In this document: positions 15,635 through 25,530 of the stretch, one piece after another | Position numbering within the stretch: position 1 is the first letter of the stretch | Layout: each line of letters opens with the position of its first letter | Assembly (NCBI GenBank): GCA_946410455.1 | Contig: CAMKAJ010000001.1 | Coordinates: 54,336 to 118,335 of the forward strand | DNA: 64,000 bases | Reading direction: 5' to 3' | Source: an uncultured Bacteroidales bacterium | GTDB lineage: Bacteria; Bacteroidota; Bacteroidia; Bacteroidales; UBA932 | Notes under the pieces: model-generated | The model's database searches: none | Seen by the model: the letters and a program-made list of their open reading frames with translations, nothing else | Told to the model about the DNA's origin: nothing | Program-made: the position numbers and the translations under genes

Positions 15635-17049
15635 CAGAAATTAAAGTAATTCTTTGCGTTGTTGTAGCAAATGTCTTCTACCATCTGGCCGATGAAGGGG
15701 AGCTCGCTGGCGGGCAGCTTGCCTTGCTCGATGTCGGAGCCCAGCACGTCGCAGAGGATGCGGCGGAAGTACTCGTGACGAGGGTAGCTGATGAAGCTGC
15801 GGCTGTCTGTGAGCATACCCACGAAGCGGCTCAGAAGACCGAGTACGCTAAGGGCGTCGAGCTGGCGGCGCATTCCGACCTCCTGGTCCAGGAACCACCA
15901 GCCGCTGCCGAACTGCATCTTGCCGGGCACGGTGCCGTCGTTGAAGGTGTAGAGCATGGTCATCATCACCTCGTTGTCCTTGGGATTGAGGCAATAGAGT
16001 ATGGTCTTGGCCAATTTGTCTTCGCGGGTAAGACGGTCGAAGAAGCGGTGGCCAGCAGCAGCAATCTCCTGGTCGTGAATGGCGTCGAAACCTGTATCGG
16101 CACCAACGAGACCGAACATCTTGCTGTTGTTGTTGCGAATGGCTCCGATGTGGAACTGCTGGGCCCAGCCGGCCTCGGCATCCATGACTGCCTGATCGTG
16201 CAGGAAAGCGCTGCGGAACTTCTCAAGATCCTTGGGACCGGGTGCAATACCCATGAGCACCTTCTTGAAGATGAGCTCTATTTCCAGCTCGGTGTAGTCG
16301 GCTGCGTAGAAGTTCTCCAGACCATGGTCGGAGAGCTTGCAACCATTGGCTGCAAAGTAATCGTGCCTCTTCTTCAGAGCCTCCACGAGGTCGGCGTAGG
16401 AGTCGATTTCCTTGTCTGCGGCCTCTCCGAGCTGCTTGAGGTATGCCTTGTAAGCCTTGGGATCCTCGATGGCCATGGCCTTGTCGGGCCTCCATGCGGG
16501 AATAACCTTGGTCCCGAAAGGATGCTCGGCAATCATCTTGTGCCAGCGAAGGTCGTCTGCCGGATCGTCGGTAGTACAAACTACTTCAACCCCGAACTTG
16601 CGGATGAGAGCCTGTCCGCGGAACTCGGGAGTTGCAAGTTTAGCGTTGCACTCCTCAAAAATCTCGCGGGCGGTAGCGGGGCTCAGGAGCTTGTCTATGC
16701 CGAATACCCTGCTGAGCTCTAGATGAGTCCAGTGGTAAAGAGGGTTGCGCATAGTATAAGGCACGGTCTCGGCCCACTTGCGGAAGGTCTCCCAGGAGTC
16801 GTACTTGCCTCCGGTGAGGTAATCCTCGGACACGCCGTTGGCGCGCATTGCACGCCACTTGTAGTGGTCGCCGTAGTGCCCGTCTACCAGCCAGAGCTGG
16901 GTAATGTCGCGGAACTGGATGTTTTCTGCTATCTGCTGCGGTACAAGGTGGCAGTGATAGTCTATGATGGGCATCTTTGCTGCATGCTCGTGATACAGCC
17001 GGCGGGCTGTATCACTTTGCAGCATAAAGTTATCGTTGATAAAAGACAT
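15634..17049 (-). CDS. uxaC: Glucuronate (uronate) isomerase
   Basis: IIDYHCHL, DHYKWRAMR, WWFLDQ, GMLTDSRSF. Confidence 0.95.
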   Translation of the reverse strand: MSFINDNFMLQSDTARRLYHEHAAKMPIIDYHCHLVPQQIAENIQFRDITQLWLVDGHYGDHYKWRAMRANGVSEDYLTGGKYDSWETFRKWAETVPYTMRNPLYHWTHLELSRVFGIDKLLSPATAREIFEECNAKLATPEFRGQALIRKFGVEVVCTTDDPADDLRWHKMIAEHPFGTKVIPAWRPDKAMAIEDPKAYKAYLKQLGEAADKEIDSYADLVEALKKRHDYFAANGCKLSDHGLENFYAADYTELEIELIFKKVLMGIAPGPKDLEKFRSAFLHDQAVMDAEAGWAQQFHIGAIRNNNSKMFGLVGADTGFDAIHDQEIAAAGHRFFDRLTREDKLAKTILYCLNPKDNEVMMTMLYTFNDGTVPGKMQFGSGWWFLDQEVGMRRQLDALSVLGLLSRFVGMLTDSRSFISYPRHEYFRRILCDVLGSDIEQGKLPASELPFIGQMVEDICYNNAKNYFNF

Positions 17050-17050
17050 A

Positions 17051-20000
17051 TTACTTGCTGTGGAATTCTATCTTGAGGAAACGGAGTCCGTTGCCGGTAG
17101 GATAAATCTTTACTGCGCCGGCATCGATATCAAACTCACAAACCGCAGGAGCGGTGGAGGGTACGCCTCCGGCTATGCTCTGGGGCTCACCGTCGTTTAC
17201 GCTCACAGTAACCATGCGGGTAAGGTCTTCGCTGCTACCGGTGTTGGATGCGGTGACGCTGAGCTTGCCTGCACTATTGGCCGTGAAGCTGAAGAAGCGG
17301 TCGCTGCCGTCGCTCTTGCCGCCAGCCTGGATGTAGTACACAGTCTCCTCGTTGATGGTGGCGGTGTTCCACTTGCTCTTCTGGGTAGATGTCCAGGTGA
17401 GTCCGTCAACGGTTGATACCCAGTTGGTTATGTCTGCACCCTTGGCACCCTTTGCTGCAAGCTCGGTCTGCCAGGCCTCGCTGGAGAAGTCCCACACGTA
17501 GTCTTCCTTTGCAATGGGCGGCTGTCCGCCACCGCTGGTAGTCTCCAGATAAGTGAATTCTATCTTGAGGAAGCGCAGACCGTTGCCGGTAGGATAAATC
17601 TTAACTGCACCAGCCTCGATTTCGAACTCGCACACGGTAGGAGCGGTGGAGGGAGCACCTCCTGCAACGCTCTGGGGCTCACCGCCGTTTACGCTTACGG
17701 TAACCATGCGGGTAAGATCCTCGCTGCTTCCGGTGTTGGAGGCAGTTACGCGGAGCTGTCCGGCTGCAGGAGCGGTGAATCTGAAGAAACGGTCGCTGCC
17801 GTCGCTCTTGCCGCCAGCCTGGATGTAGTACACAGTCTCCTCGTTGATGGTGGCGGTGTTCCACTTACTCTTCTGGGTAGATGTCCAGGTGAGTCCGTCA
17901 ACGGAAGATTCCCAGTTGGTTATGTCTGCACCCTTGGCACCCTTGGATGCAAGCTCGGCCTGCCAGTCCTCGCTGGAGAAGTCCCAGGTGAGAGTCTTCT
18001 CTACCGTTACCTCGCCGCCGCCAGCAGGGGCCATAACTGCGAAAGCTACGGTAGCTGCCTCGGATGCGGTGTTGTAGGTGTCGGCTGCGTCGGGGTTTGC
18101 AACCACGGAGACGGTATAGACGCCAGCGGCAAGTGCTGCGGCAGTCTCGGCGTCGATCACGAAGCTGAGCTCCTCGGTGGTGGTCTTCTTCTTGTTGAAG
18201 GTCACGGTGTAGTTTGCAGCGTTTGCAACTGCGCCCCAGCTTACGCTGATCGGGGTCTCGTCGCCCTCGGTGATGCTCTCTACGTCGATTGCGAGCTTGG
18301 GAGCTGCAAGAGCAGTGTTGACTCCTGCAACATCTGCAGACCATGCGAGTGCGGTAATCTTGGATGCTCCGGTAGGATAGAGATACACGAGGCTCTCTTC
18401 GCTGATGCCGGTAAGCACAACCTTCTGAGGGTCTCCGTTGGCATTGGCCACGGCGCCGCCCTTTACGGTAGCTGCACCGCCGTCGGCGTCACCCACGGCA
18501 ACCACTATCTGGCAGCCGTCGGCATCGGGATCCTCCATCTTAATTACCACGGAGCCGTTTTCTGCGGCCTTGAATGCCACGTAGCCGTCGGTAGGTACGC
18601 CCTTCTTGTTCACTGCAGCTGCAGCATTGAAGGAGATTGCGCCGTCGAGATTCATCTTGCGCTCCTCGGAAGCCACGAAGAGCAGGCCGTCGCGCACTTT
18701 GCTCTTCTCCAGGTCGCCTGCAAACAGGGTAGCGTCGCCCAGGTTCCAAACGTGAGGAGCAGCAGTAACGGCCAGGGTGAGGTCTTCTACCGGCTCCACA
18801 TAAGCGTTCCACCATTTTGCAGCACCGACTTGCTTATCCTGAAGGTCGGCGTTGGACAGATGGAAGTTGTTGCCCTTTGCGTTGAAGCAAGGATCGTCTG
18901 CCAGCACCGTAGCGCCTATCTGCGCAGCGGTGAAGTTCTTGCTCTCGCCGAAGAACTTCTCGCCTATAGCGTAGCAGTAGTTGTTGCTGCCGCTTACGTT
19001 GGCAGGGGCGTTTTCGGGGAGGTTGGTGGTTGCCAGCACGGCCTTCTCGCCCTGCTGATACAGGAAGAGATTGTTCTTTGCGCTAAGCGAAGTCCAGGGG
19101 CAACGGATGTAGAGAATGCCCTTGTCGGGGATAGCCACGTTCTTGATGGTGTTGTTCTCCATCACGAAGGCGTTCAGAGAGGTGCTCTTGTCGTCGATAC
19201 GGAAGAACGAACGGAATGCATCGTAAACCGTATTGTTGCGGAAGGTGATGGTGCCGATGGCTGCTGCGTTACGTACGTCAACGCCGTCGCCGCCGCTTCC
19301 GGGGATGTTGTAGATATCGCATCCCTCGATGAGCAGCTCGCCGAGAGTCAGCTGGTCGGCCACGTTGTCGTAGAAGATACCGCAGTTGTAACCGGTAATC
19401 TCGCAGTTGACGAGGCTGATCTTCTCTATGTTGAGCTCTCCGCCCTTATGGTCGATGATACGGCTGCGGGCGGTGCCGTCGAAGTGGATATTCTCAATGT
19501 GCAGGTCTCCGGTGTAACCGACGTTAAGCACTATGTCGCCCTGTACAACGGGACGGCTGCCGTCTGCGGCGTATTCGCCGAGCATGCGGAATCCCTTGGC
19601 TGGAGTCACGCTGCCAACCACGTAAGGGGAGCCCTCGGCGCCCACGTACACGTCGTCACCTGCTGTCATTGCAGCTATGAGAGCCTCGGAAGTAGTAACT
19701 CTGGACAGCGAACCCTGTGCGGGAGCGGTCCATACGGTCACGGCGCCACGGCTTGCGCTCTTGAAGAAGAGCACGATGTCGTACTCGGCAGAAGGAGCCA
19801 GCCCGCCGATAACGGCTGCCGCCGCCTCTGCCTCGGTTGCGTTGAGCTCTTTGCTCACTGCTGCACCACCGGCAACAGGAGTTGCCTCGATATGGGTAAC
19901 GTCCCTGTAATCAGAAGCATCCTTAGACCAGGTGAGAGATACAGACTCGGCGCTCTTGGCTGCAACTACCAGGAAGAGGTTGTCCTTTACGGCGTATGTC

Positions 20001-20380
20001 TTGAAGCTGCCGTCGTATTCGGCCACTTTAGAATCCTGCAGCTTGGATGATTTTGCGGTAACGCGGAAGGTGTAGGTCCGGTCAGCCTCCAGCTCGTCGG
20101 TCACGAAGGGGACTTCTTTTCCGACAAGCGTTTTGGTGAGGACGGCCTCGCTGGTCTTGGCGTCGAGAACCTCCAGGAGGTATTCTTCGGCGTCGGTAGT
20201 TACATCCCAACGGAAGGTTGTGAGAACGCCGCTGTTGGCATCTACCTTTGCCGACAGGTTCATAGGCTCGAGGCAGCGCTTCAGCGGAACTGAGGTGATT
20301 TCCTCGAACACTTTGTCCTGCAAGCAGGAAACCGCGAACAGGGCGGTAAGTGCCAGAAGGATATATTTAATCTTATTCAT
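17051..20380 (-). CDS. Surface glycan-binding lipoprotein (FN3, beta-helix, DUF4957/DUF5123-like) with a duplicated C-terminal module
   Basis: VSC lipobox; directly after susD; two near-identical ~147-aa modules offset by 492 bp. Confidence 0.75.
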   Translation of the reverse strand: MNKIKYILLALTALFAVSCLQDKVFEEITSVPLKRCLEPMNLSAKVDANSGVLTTFRWDVTTDAEEYLLEVLDAKTSEAVLTKTLVGKEVPFVTDELEADRTYTFRVTAKSSKLQDSKVAEYDGSFKTYAVKDNLFLVVAAKSAESVSLTWSKDASDYRDVTHIEATPVAGGAAVSKELNATEAEAAAAVIGGLAPSAEYDIVLFFKSASRGAVTVWTAPAQGSLSRVTTSEALIAAMTAGDDVYVGAEGSPYVVGSVTPAKGFRMLGEYAADGSRPVVQGDIVLNVGYTGDLHIENIHFDGTARSRIIDHKGGELNIEKISLVNCEITGYNCGIFYDNVADQLTLGELLIEGCDIYNIPGSGGDGVDVRNAAAIGTITFRNNTVYDAFRSFFRIDDKSTSLNAFVMENNTIKNVAIPDKGILYIRCPWTSLSAKNNLFLYQQGEKAVLATTNLPENAPANVSGSNNYCYAIGEKFFGESKNFTAAQIGATVLADDPCFNAKGNNFHLSNADLQDKQVGAAKWWNAYVEPVEDLTLAVTAAPHVWNLGDATLFAGDLEKSKVRDGLLFVASEERKMNLDGAISFNAAAAVNKKGVPTDGYVAFKAAENGSVVIKMEDPDADGCQIVVAVGDADGGAATVKGGAVANANGDPQKVVLTGISEESLVYLYPTGASKITALAWSADVAGVNTALAAPKLAIDVESITEGDETPISVSWGAVANAANYTVTFNKKKTTTEELSFVIDAETAAALAAGVYTVSVVANPDAADTYNTASEAATVAFAVMAPAGGGEVTVEKTLTWDFSSEDWQAELASKGAKGADITNWESSVDGLTWTSTQKSKWNTATINEETVYYIQAGGKSDGSDRFFRFTAPAAGQLRVTASNTGSSEDLTRMVTVSVNGGEPQSVAGGAPSTAPTVCEFEIEAGAVKIYPTGNGLRFLKIEFTYLETTSGGGQPPIAKEDYVWDFSSEAWQTELAAKGAKGADITNWVSTVDGLTWTSTQKSKWNTATINEETVYYIQAGGKSDGSDRFFSFTANSAGKLSVTASNTGSSEDLTRMVTVSVNDGEPQSIAGGVPSTAPAVCEFDIDAGAVKIYPTGNGLRFLKIEFHSK

Positions 20381-22220
20381 AATAGTAGTCGTTTACGAGT
20401 TTGTTCTGGCTGTTGGTAATCTGGTTGGCGAAGATAGGCCAGTACATGTACCATTCCATCAAATCACCATGGGCGTAGATGCCGTTGATGCGTGCATCGT
20501 ACAGGCCGGTGTCTTTACCGTCGTCGCTGGTAACCTTGCCATAGTAGTTCTTGCTCACTTCCCAGTTGCCCTTGGGACGGGTGGTCTCGCCGGCGCGGAA
20601 GCCATATACTGTCAGGCTCTCGGTAGTTTCGTCGTACTGGTAGTAGATGTCCTCGGGGAGGTCGGCGTATGAGCCGGTGTGGTCGCGCAGGGCGCGGAGC
20701 TCGGTCTTGGCCTCGTCGAGCTTGCTCTTGAGCATGTTCCAGCGGATAAGGTCTGCCTTGCGAAGGAACTCGCCGCAGAACTCGAGGGCGCGCTCATCTA
20801 CAATGGCGTTGAAGAAGGCTTCTTTGCTGGAAAGGCCGTTCACATAGGCCTCTGCGGCATCCTCGCTGCCCTTGAAGGCGCGGCGGCGTACCTGCAGCAG
20901 CCAGTCTTTGGCGTCGGAGGTAGCTCCGTTAAGCTCGTTCTCGATTTCGGCTGCCATGAGGAGCACGTCTGAGTAGCGCATCACCACGGGCTTGGCACCG
21001 TCGTCGGAGCTGCTGGCGGGTTTGCCCTGCCAATCGAAGCGGTACTTACCAAAGTACCAGGAGCCTATGCCGGTAGGAATCAGGCCGCCGGTCTTGTTGT
21101 CCCAGCGATAGTTGGCGCAGGTTACGTCGCGGCGGACGTCACGCTCGTCGAATTTCCACCAAAGATAGGGGAGAGGGCCTGCAGAACCGCCACGGGCGCT
21201 GGTGTAGGTGTTGTATTTGGTGCCAGCGTCGGTACGTACGGCAAAGTAGTTGTTCCACTGGCCACGGTTCTCGCCGAAGGGAATCACGAACAGAGTCTCG
21301 CCGTCGAAGTTGAGGTTCGCGCGTGCGCTCTGGCGCTTCCAGTAGCCTTCGTAGTCGCTGTCGAGGGAGCATCCGCCCTTGGCAATCGCATCCTTGAGGT
21401 GAGCGAGGGCCTTGGGATAGAGAACGCTCTTCTGCAGCTGCTCGTCGGTTGCAAGGCGAATGCTGCCGAGGTCGTGCTGGCCCACCATACCCTCCTCGGG
21501 GCGCAGTGCGTAACCCGATGCCATGAGGGCGATGCGGGCGTACAGACCCTCTGCGAAGACCTTGTTGATGCGGTCGGTGCGGCGGGTCTGGGCAGTCTGT
21601 CCGGGATAAGGCAGGTAGCCGATGGCCTCGTCGAGGTCGGTGAGGAGCTGCTTGAAGATGACTTCGCGGCTGCTCTTGGGCAGATAGATAGTCTCGGACA
21701 CCACGGGCTCGAAGCGTGCGGGAACATCGCCCCATGCCTTGCAGAGGTCGTAGTAGATCATGGCGCGCAGAGTGAGCGCTTCGCCCAGCAGGTAGGCCAT
21801 GTCTTCCTTGTTCTGAACGTCGCCGTACTGGCGCAGGCCCTCGATGGCGAGGTTGGCGCGCTCGATAGCGGTGTACATGAGGGTGTAGCAACCTTCGGCC
21901 TCATTGAGCTGGCCGTTGTCGGGACGGCAGTCGTAGATGCCTATGTCGCTCTTTCCTTGGTCGCCGCCGGGATTGTATGTGTTGTACCACTCAATATCGG
22001 TGTTGTAGCCGTACCAGGGGAGGAAACGGTTGCGGTAAGACTTGTCGATGCAGAAGGCCTCGGTGATAGCGAACACGGTTCCCTCTGCGAGATTATAGTT
22101 GGAATACACCGTCTCTGCCTCATAAGAAGAGGGCGATTCGGGCTTAAGCAGACTGTCGCAGGAAGATGCCAGGGCAGAGATTACTGCGATACAAAGGATA
22201 AGATTGAATATCTTTTTCAT
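20373..22220 (-). CDS. susD: SusD/RagB family lipoprotein
   Basis: SSC lipobox; WGDVP, MRYSDVLLMAAE, ERALEFCGEFLRKADLIRW. Confidence 0.9.
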   Translation of the reverse strand: MKKIFNLILCIAVISALASSCDSLLKPESPSSYEAETVYSNYNLAEGTVFAITEAFCIDKSYRNRFLPWYGYNTDIEWYNTYNPGGDQGKSDIGIYDCRPDNGQLNEAEGCYTLMYTAIERANLAIEGLRQYGDVQNKEDMAYLLGEALTLRAMIYYDLCKAWGDVPARFEPVVSETIYLPKSSREVIFKQLLTDLDEAIGYLPYPGQTAQTRRTDRINKVFAEGLYARIALMASGYALRPEEGMVGQHDLGSIRLATDEQLQKSVLYPKALAHLKDAIAKGGCSLDSDYEGYWKRQSARANLNFDGETLFVIPFGENRGQWNNYFAVRTDAGTKYNTYTSARGGSAGPLPYLWWKFDERDVRRDVTCANYRWDNKTGGLIPTGIGSWYFGKYRFDWQGKPASSSDDGAKPVVMRYSDVLLMAAEIENELNGATSDAKDWLLQVRRRAFKGSEDAAEAYVNGLSSKEAFFNAIVDERALEFCGEFLRKADLIRWNMLKSKLDEAKTELRALRDHTGSYADLPEDIYYQYDETTESLTVYGFRAGETTRPKGNWEVSKNYYGKVTSDDGKDTGLYDARINGIYAHGDLMEWYMYWPIFANQITNSQNKLVNDYYYE

Positions 22221-22232
22221 CTTCGGTAGCGT

Positions 22233-25200
22233 TTAGAATGAAAGGTTTACACCGGCTACGAATCCTATGCTCTTGGGGTAGGCGGAATAGTCCACACCGG
22301 GAGTAAGAGGAGTCTTGCGGCGGGTATCGACCTCGGGGTCGTAACCAGAATACTTGGTGAGGCAGAACAGGTTGGTGCCTGTTGCATAAACGCGTAGCTT
22401 GCGGATGTGGATCTTCTCCGTAAGCTTGCTGGGCAGGGTGTAACCGATGGTGGCGTTCTGCAGACGCAGGAAAGAAGCGTCCTCAACAGCCCAGTCGGTG
22501 AATACCGCGTTGGTAATCATAGGGTTCCACATGGTCTTGCCCTGGTTGGCGGCTGCCATGGTCTCCAGGTCGGTGATGAGTTCGCCTGTCTCCCAGTTCA
22601 CTGCGGTCCAGCGCTTATCTACATCCATGGTGTTGATAAGGTTGCGGTTGTAGTACTTGCGGGAAGAGGTGAACTCTATCTTGTTGGCGTTGTACACCTG
22701 GTTGCCAATCATGTAGTTGAAGTTGGCGCTGAAGTCGAAGCCCTTCCAGTAGCCGCTCAGGGAGAAGCCGCCGGTGAAGTCGGGCATTGCGTTGCCAATC
22801 ACGGTCATGTCGGCGGAGGTAACCTTGTTGTCCTCGCTGCCGTCTACGTTCTTGAGCTTGAGGGCGCCGGGCATGAGGTAGTTGCTGCCGATAACCTCGC
22901 TGTCGTCGGCCACGCCTTCTTTAAGAATCCACTTGCCATCTACATAGCCCACGAAGTCGTCGGTGGTGTAGATGCCATCGTACTTGTAGCCGTACATGTT
23001 GCCAAGAGGCTTGCCTTCCTCTACGAGGTAGTCCATAGAGATTTCGTTGGTAGAAACCCACTCGGAACGTGCAGAGATGCTCGGCAGTCCGGCAAGAGAC
23101 GTAACCCTGTTCTGGTTGTAAGCGATATTGGCAGAGATGTTCAGACCGTAGTCTTCCTTGGCGATGATGGGGGCGCTGAGGCTGAGCTCGGCACCACGGT
23201 TGCGTACGCTGCCGGCGTTGCGGTACTGTGACTGGTAGCCTGCGCCGGAGATGGGGAAGTTGATAAGGAGGTCCTTGGTGTCGTTCTGGTACACCTCCAC
23301 GCTACCGTTGAGCTTGCCTTTGAAGAAAGCGAAGTCTACACCGATGTTGTGTGTGTAGGTGGTCTCCCACTTGAGCTCGGGATTGTTCATCACCAGCTTG
23401 CCGTCAGACTTCTTGGTGGTCATGATGGTACCGGTGGTGCTCAGGTAAGAGGTGCCGGATGAGACATACTCCTTGTTGAGCTGCCCCGAGGGGATATTGT
23501 TGTTACCTGCAGTACCGAAGCTGTAACGGAGTTTGAGCTGGTCCATCCAGCTGCGTGAGTTGCTCATCCAGTCTTCGTTGGAGATGTTCCACGCCACGGC
23601 GGCAGAAGGGAAGAAGCCCCAGGGGTTGGCGAACTTGGAAGAACCGTCCACACGCAGGGTTGCGCCGATGCTGTAACGGTGCTTGTAGTCGTAGTTTGCA
23701 CGGCCGAAGAAAGAGAGCAGCACGTCGTTGGGTGCGTACTGGTTGCTCACTGCGGTGTTATTGGAAACGGAGCCGTCGGAGAGAGAAGTTCCGGCTGCGG
23801 AACTCATGAAGTTCCATGCAAGTGCGGAGTTGAAGAAGGTAGGGAAGCCGTCAACCATCATGTCTATGGTGTTAGACTTGGTGATGGTGAGCTCCTCTCC
23901 GAGCATGGCGTTGAGCTGGTGGTCTTCGTTGTTAAGCAACTTCTTGAAGTCGTAGTTCAAGGTGTTGGTGTTGCGGTAACGGGTGCGGAAGATCTCCTGA
24001 TGGTTGCTGGAGGGAGTCCCGGGCACCTTGCTGTCTTGTGCGCTCCACTTAGTGGACAGGCCATAGAAGCGGTCGTCGCTCTGGCGCCAGTCTTCCATAC
24101 CGCCCTCGATCTTGAGCTTGAGGTCGTCGATTATCTCCCAGTTGAATGCGGCATTGGCGTTGAGGCTGGTACGCAGGCGCTTGCTGTCGTTGTCGGCAAT
24201 ACTCTGCAGGGGGCGTACGTTGTCGCCGTAGGTGTCGGCCTCTTCGTCATCGCTGCTGATGGTATTTACGGGGATGGGGGTGTACTGCACAGAGTGCTTC
24301 AGACGGCCGTTGCCAGCCTGGGTGCCCTTGTCGTTCATACTGTTGGCGCCTGCTCCATTCACATGTACGCGGGAATAACGGATGCTCGCGTCGATGCTGG
24401 TGGTCTTGCTGGTCTTGAACTTGCTCTTGAAGCTCAGGTTGTCGCGGGAGTAGTCGCTGCCGTACATGATGGCCTTGTCGCCCACGTGTGCGTAGCCCAG
24501 AGTCCAGTTTACGTTGTCACCGCTTCCGGAAATGGAGAAGTCGGCGGAGAAGGAGTCGCCGGTGCGTCCGAACACTGCGTCAATCCAGTCGTTGCCGGCC
24601 ATTCCGGCGTACTGGTCCATGTCGCTGAAGCGTCCGAAGTAAGGCTCGTACTGAGAAGAAACCTTGTTCTGCACGAGAGCGTTCTCGTACTGGAACTTCA
24701 CGAAGTTCTCTACGTTCATGGGCTGAATGGCGTTCTTGTTGGCCATCCACTTGAGTCCGTAGTAGGTGTTGAGTTTCACGGAGATCTTCTGTCCCTTGTC
24801 TGCGCTCTTGGTGGTCACGATGATAACGCCGTTGGCGCCACGGGAACCGTAGATTGCAGTGGAGAATGCGTCCTTGAGTACGTCGATGGAAGCGATTTCC
24901 GATGAGGGGATGTCGCTGATGGACTCCATGGGGAAACCGTCCACGATGTAGAGGGGAGATACGCTCTGGGTAATGGAACCGCCGCCACGCACGCGGATCT
25001 TGATATCAGCATCAGGATCGCCTTCGGTGGTGACAACGGACACACCGGCCATCTTACCGGCCAGTGCCTGGCTCACGTTGGTAACGGGCTGCTCGCTGAG
25101 CTTGTCGGAGTTTACGGAAGACACCGAGCCAAGGAGGTCGCGGCGCTTAACCGTCTGGTAACCAACCACAACCACCTCGTCGAGGAAGGTCTGGTCTGAG

Positions 25201-25490
25201 GCAAGCTCAACATTGATTTCTGTGCGTCCCTGGATAGGAACCACCTTGTCGGAGAGTCCGAGGAAGGAGAACACCAGGTTCACTGCGTCTGCGGGTACGA
25301 GCAATTCGTAATCGCCGTCGAGACCCGTCACGGTGCCTGTGGTGGTGCCTTCTACAAAGACGCCGGCTCCGATGAGAGGCTCGCCGCTGTCGTCCGTGAC
25401 TATACCTTTAATGGTAGTCTGGGCAGACAGGGTGGCTGCCGTAGCCATTCCGAGCAGTGCAAGAATGAATTTCTTTGCTAGACTGTTCAT
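22233..25490 (-). CDS. susC: SusC/RagA TonB-dependent transporter
   Basis: VVVVGYQT, IDVLKDAFSTAIYGSRGANGVIIVTTK, LKWETT, DASFLRLQN, C-terminal F. Confidence 0.95.
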   Translation of the reverse strand: MNSLAKKFILALLGMATAATLSAQTTIKGIVTDDSGEPLIGAGVFVEGTTTGTVTGLDGDYELLVPADAVNLVFSFLGLSDKVVPIQGRTEINVELASDQTFLDEVVVVGYQTVKRRDLLGSVSSVNSDKLSEQPVTNVSQALAGKMAGVSVVTTEGDPDADIKIRVRGGGSITQSVSPLYIVDGFPMESISDIPSSEIASIDVLKDAFSTAIYGSRGANGVIIVTTKSADKGQKISVKLNTYYGLKWMANKNAIQPMNVENFVKFQYENALVQNKVSSQYEPYFGRFSDMDQYAGMAGNDWIDAVFGRTGDSFSADFSISGSGDNVNWTLGYAHVGDKAIMYGSDYSRDNLSFKSKFKTSKTTSIDASIRYSRVHVNGAGANSMNDKGTQAGNGRLKHSVQYTPIPVNTISSDDEEADTYGDNVRPLQSIADNDSKRLRTSLNANAAFNWEIIDDLKLKIEGGMEDWRQSDDRFYGLSTKWSAQDSKVPGTPSSNHQEIFRTRYRNTNTLNYDFKKLLNNEDHQLNAMLGEELTITKSNTIDMMVDGFPTFFNSALAWNFMSSAAGTSLSDGSVSNNTAVSNQYAPNDVLLSFFGRANYDYKHRYSIGATLRVDGSSKFANPWGFFPSAAVAWNISNEDWMSNSRSWMDQLKLRYSFGTAGNNNIPSGQLNKEYVSSGTSYLSTTGTIMTTKKSDGKLVMNNPELKWETTYTHNIGVDFAFFKGKLNGSVEVYQNDTKDLLINFPISGAGYQSQYRNAGSVRNRGAELSLSAPIIAKEDYGLNISANIAYNQNRVTSLAGLPSISARSEWVSTNEISMDYLVEEGKPLGNMYGYKYDGIYTTDDFVGYVDGKWILKEGVADDSEVIGSNYLMPGALKLKNVDGSEDNKVTSADMTVIGNAMPDFTGGFSLSGYWKGFDFSANFNYMIGNQVYNANKIEFTSSRKYYNRNLINTMDVDKRWTAVNWETGELITDLETMAAANQGKTMWNPMITNAVFTDWAVEDASFLRLQNATIGYTLPSKLTEKIHIRKLRVYATGTNLFCLTKYSGYDPEVDTRRKTPLTPGVDYSAYPKSIGFVAGVNLSF

Positions 25491-25530
25491 TAGTTTTGAT
25501 GATTAATTAATAGATTAGTGTGAGTATCAT

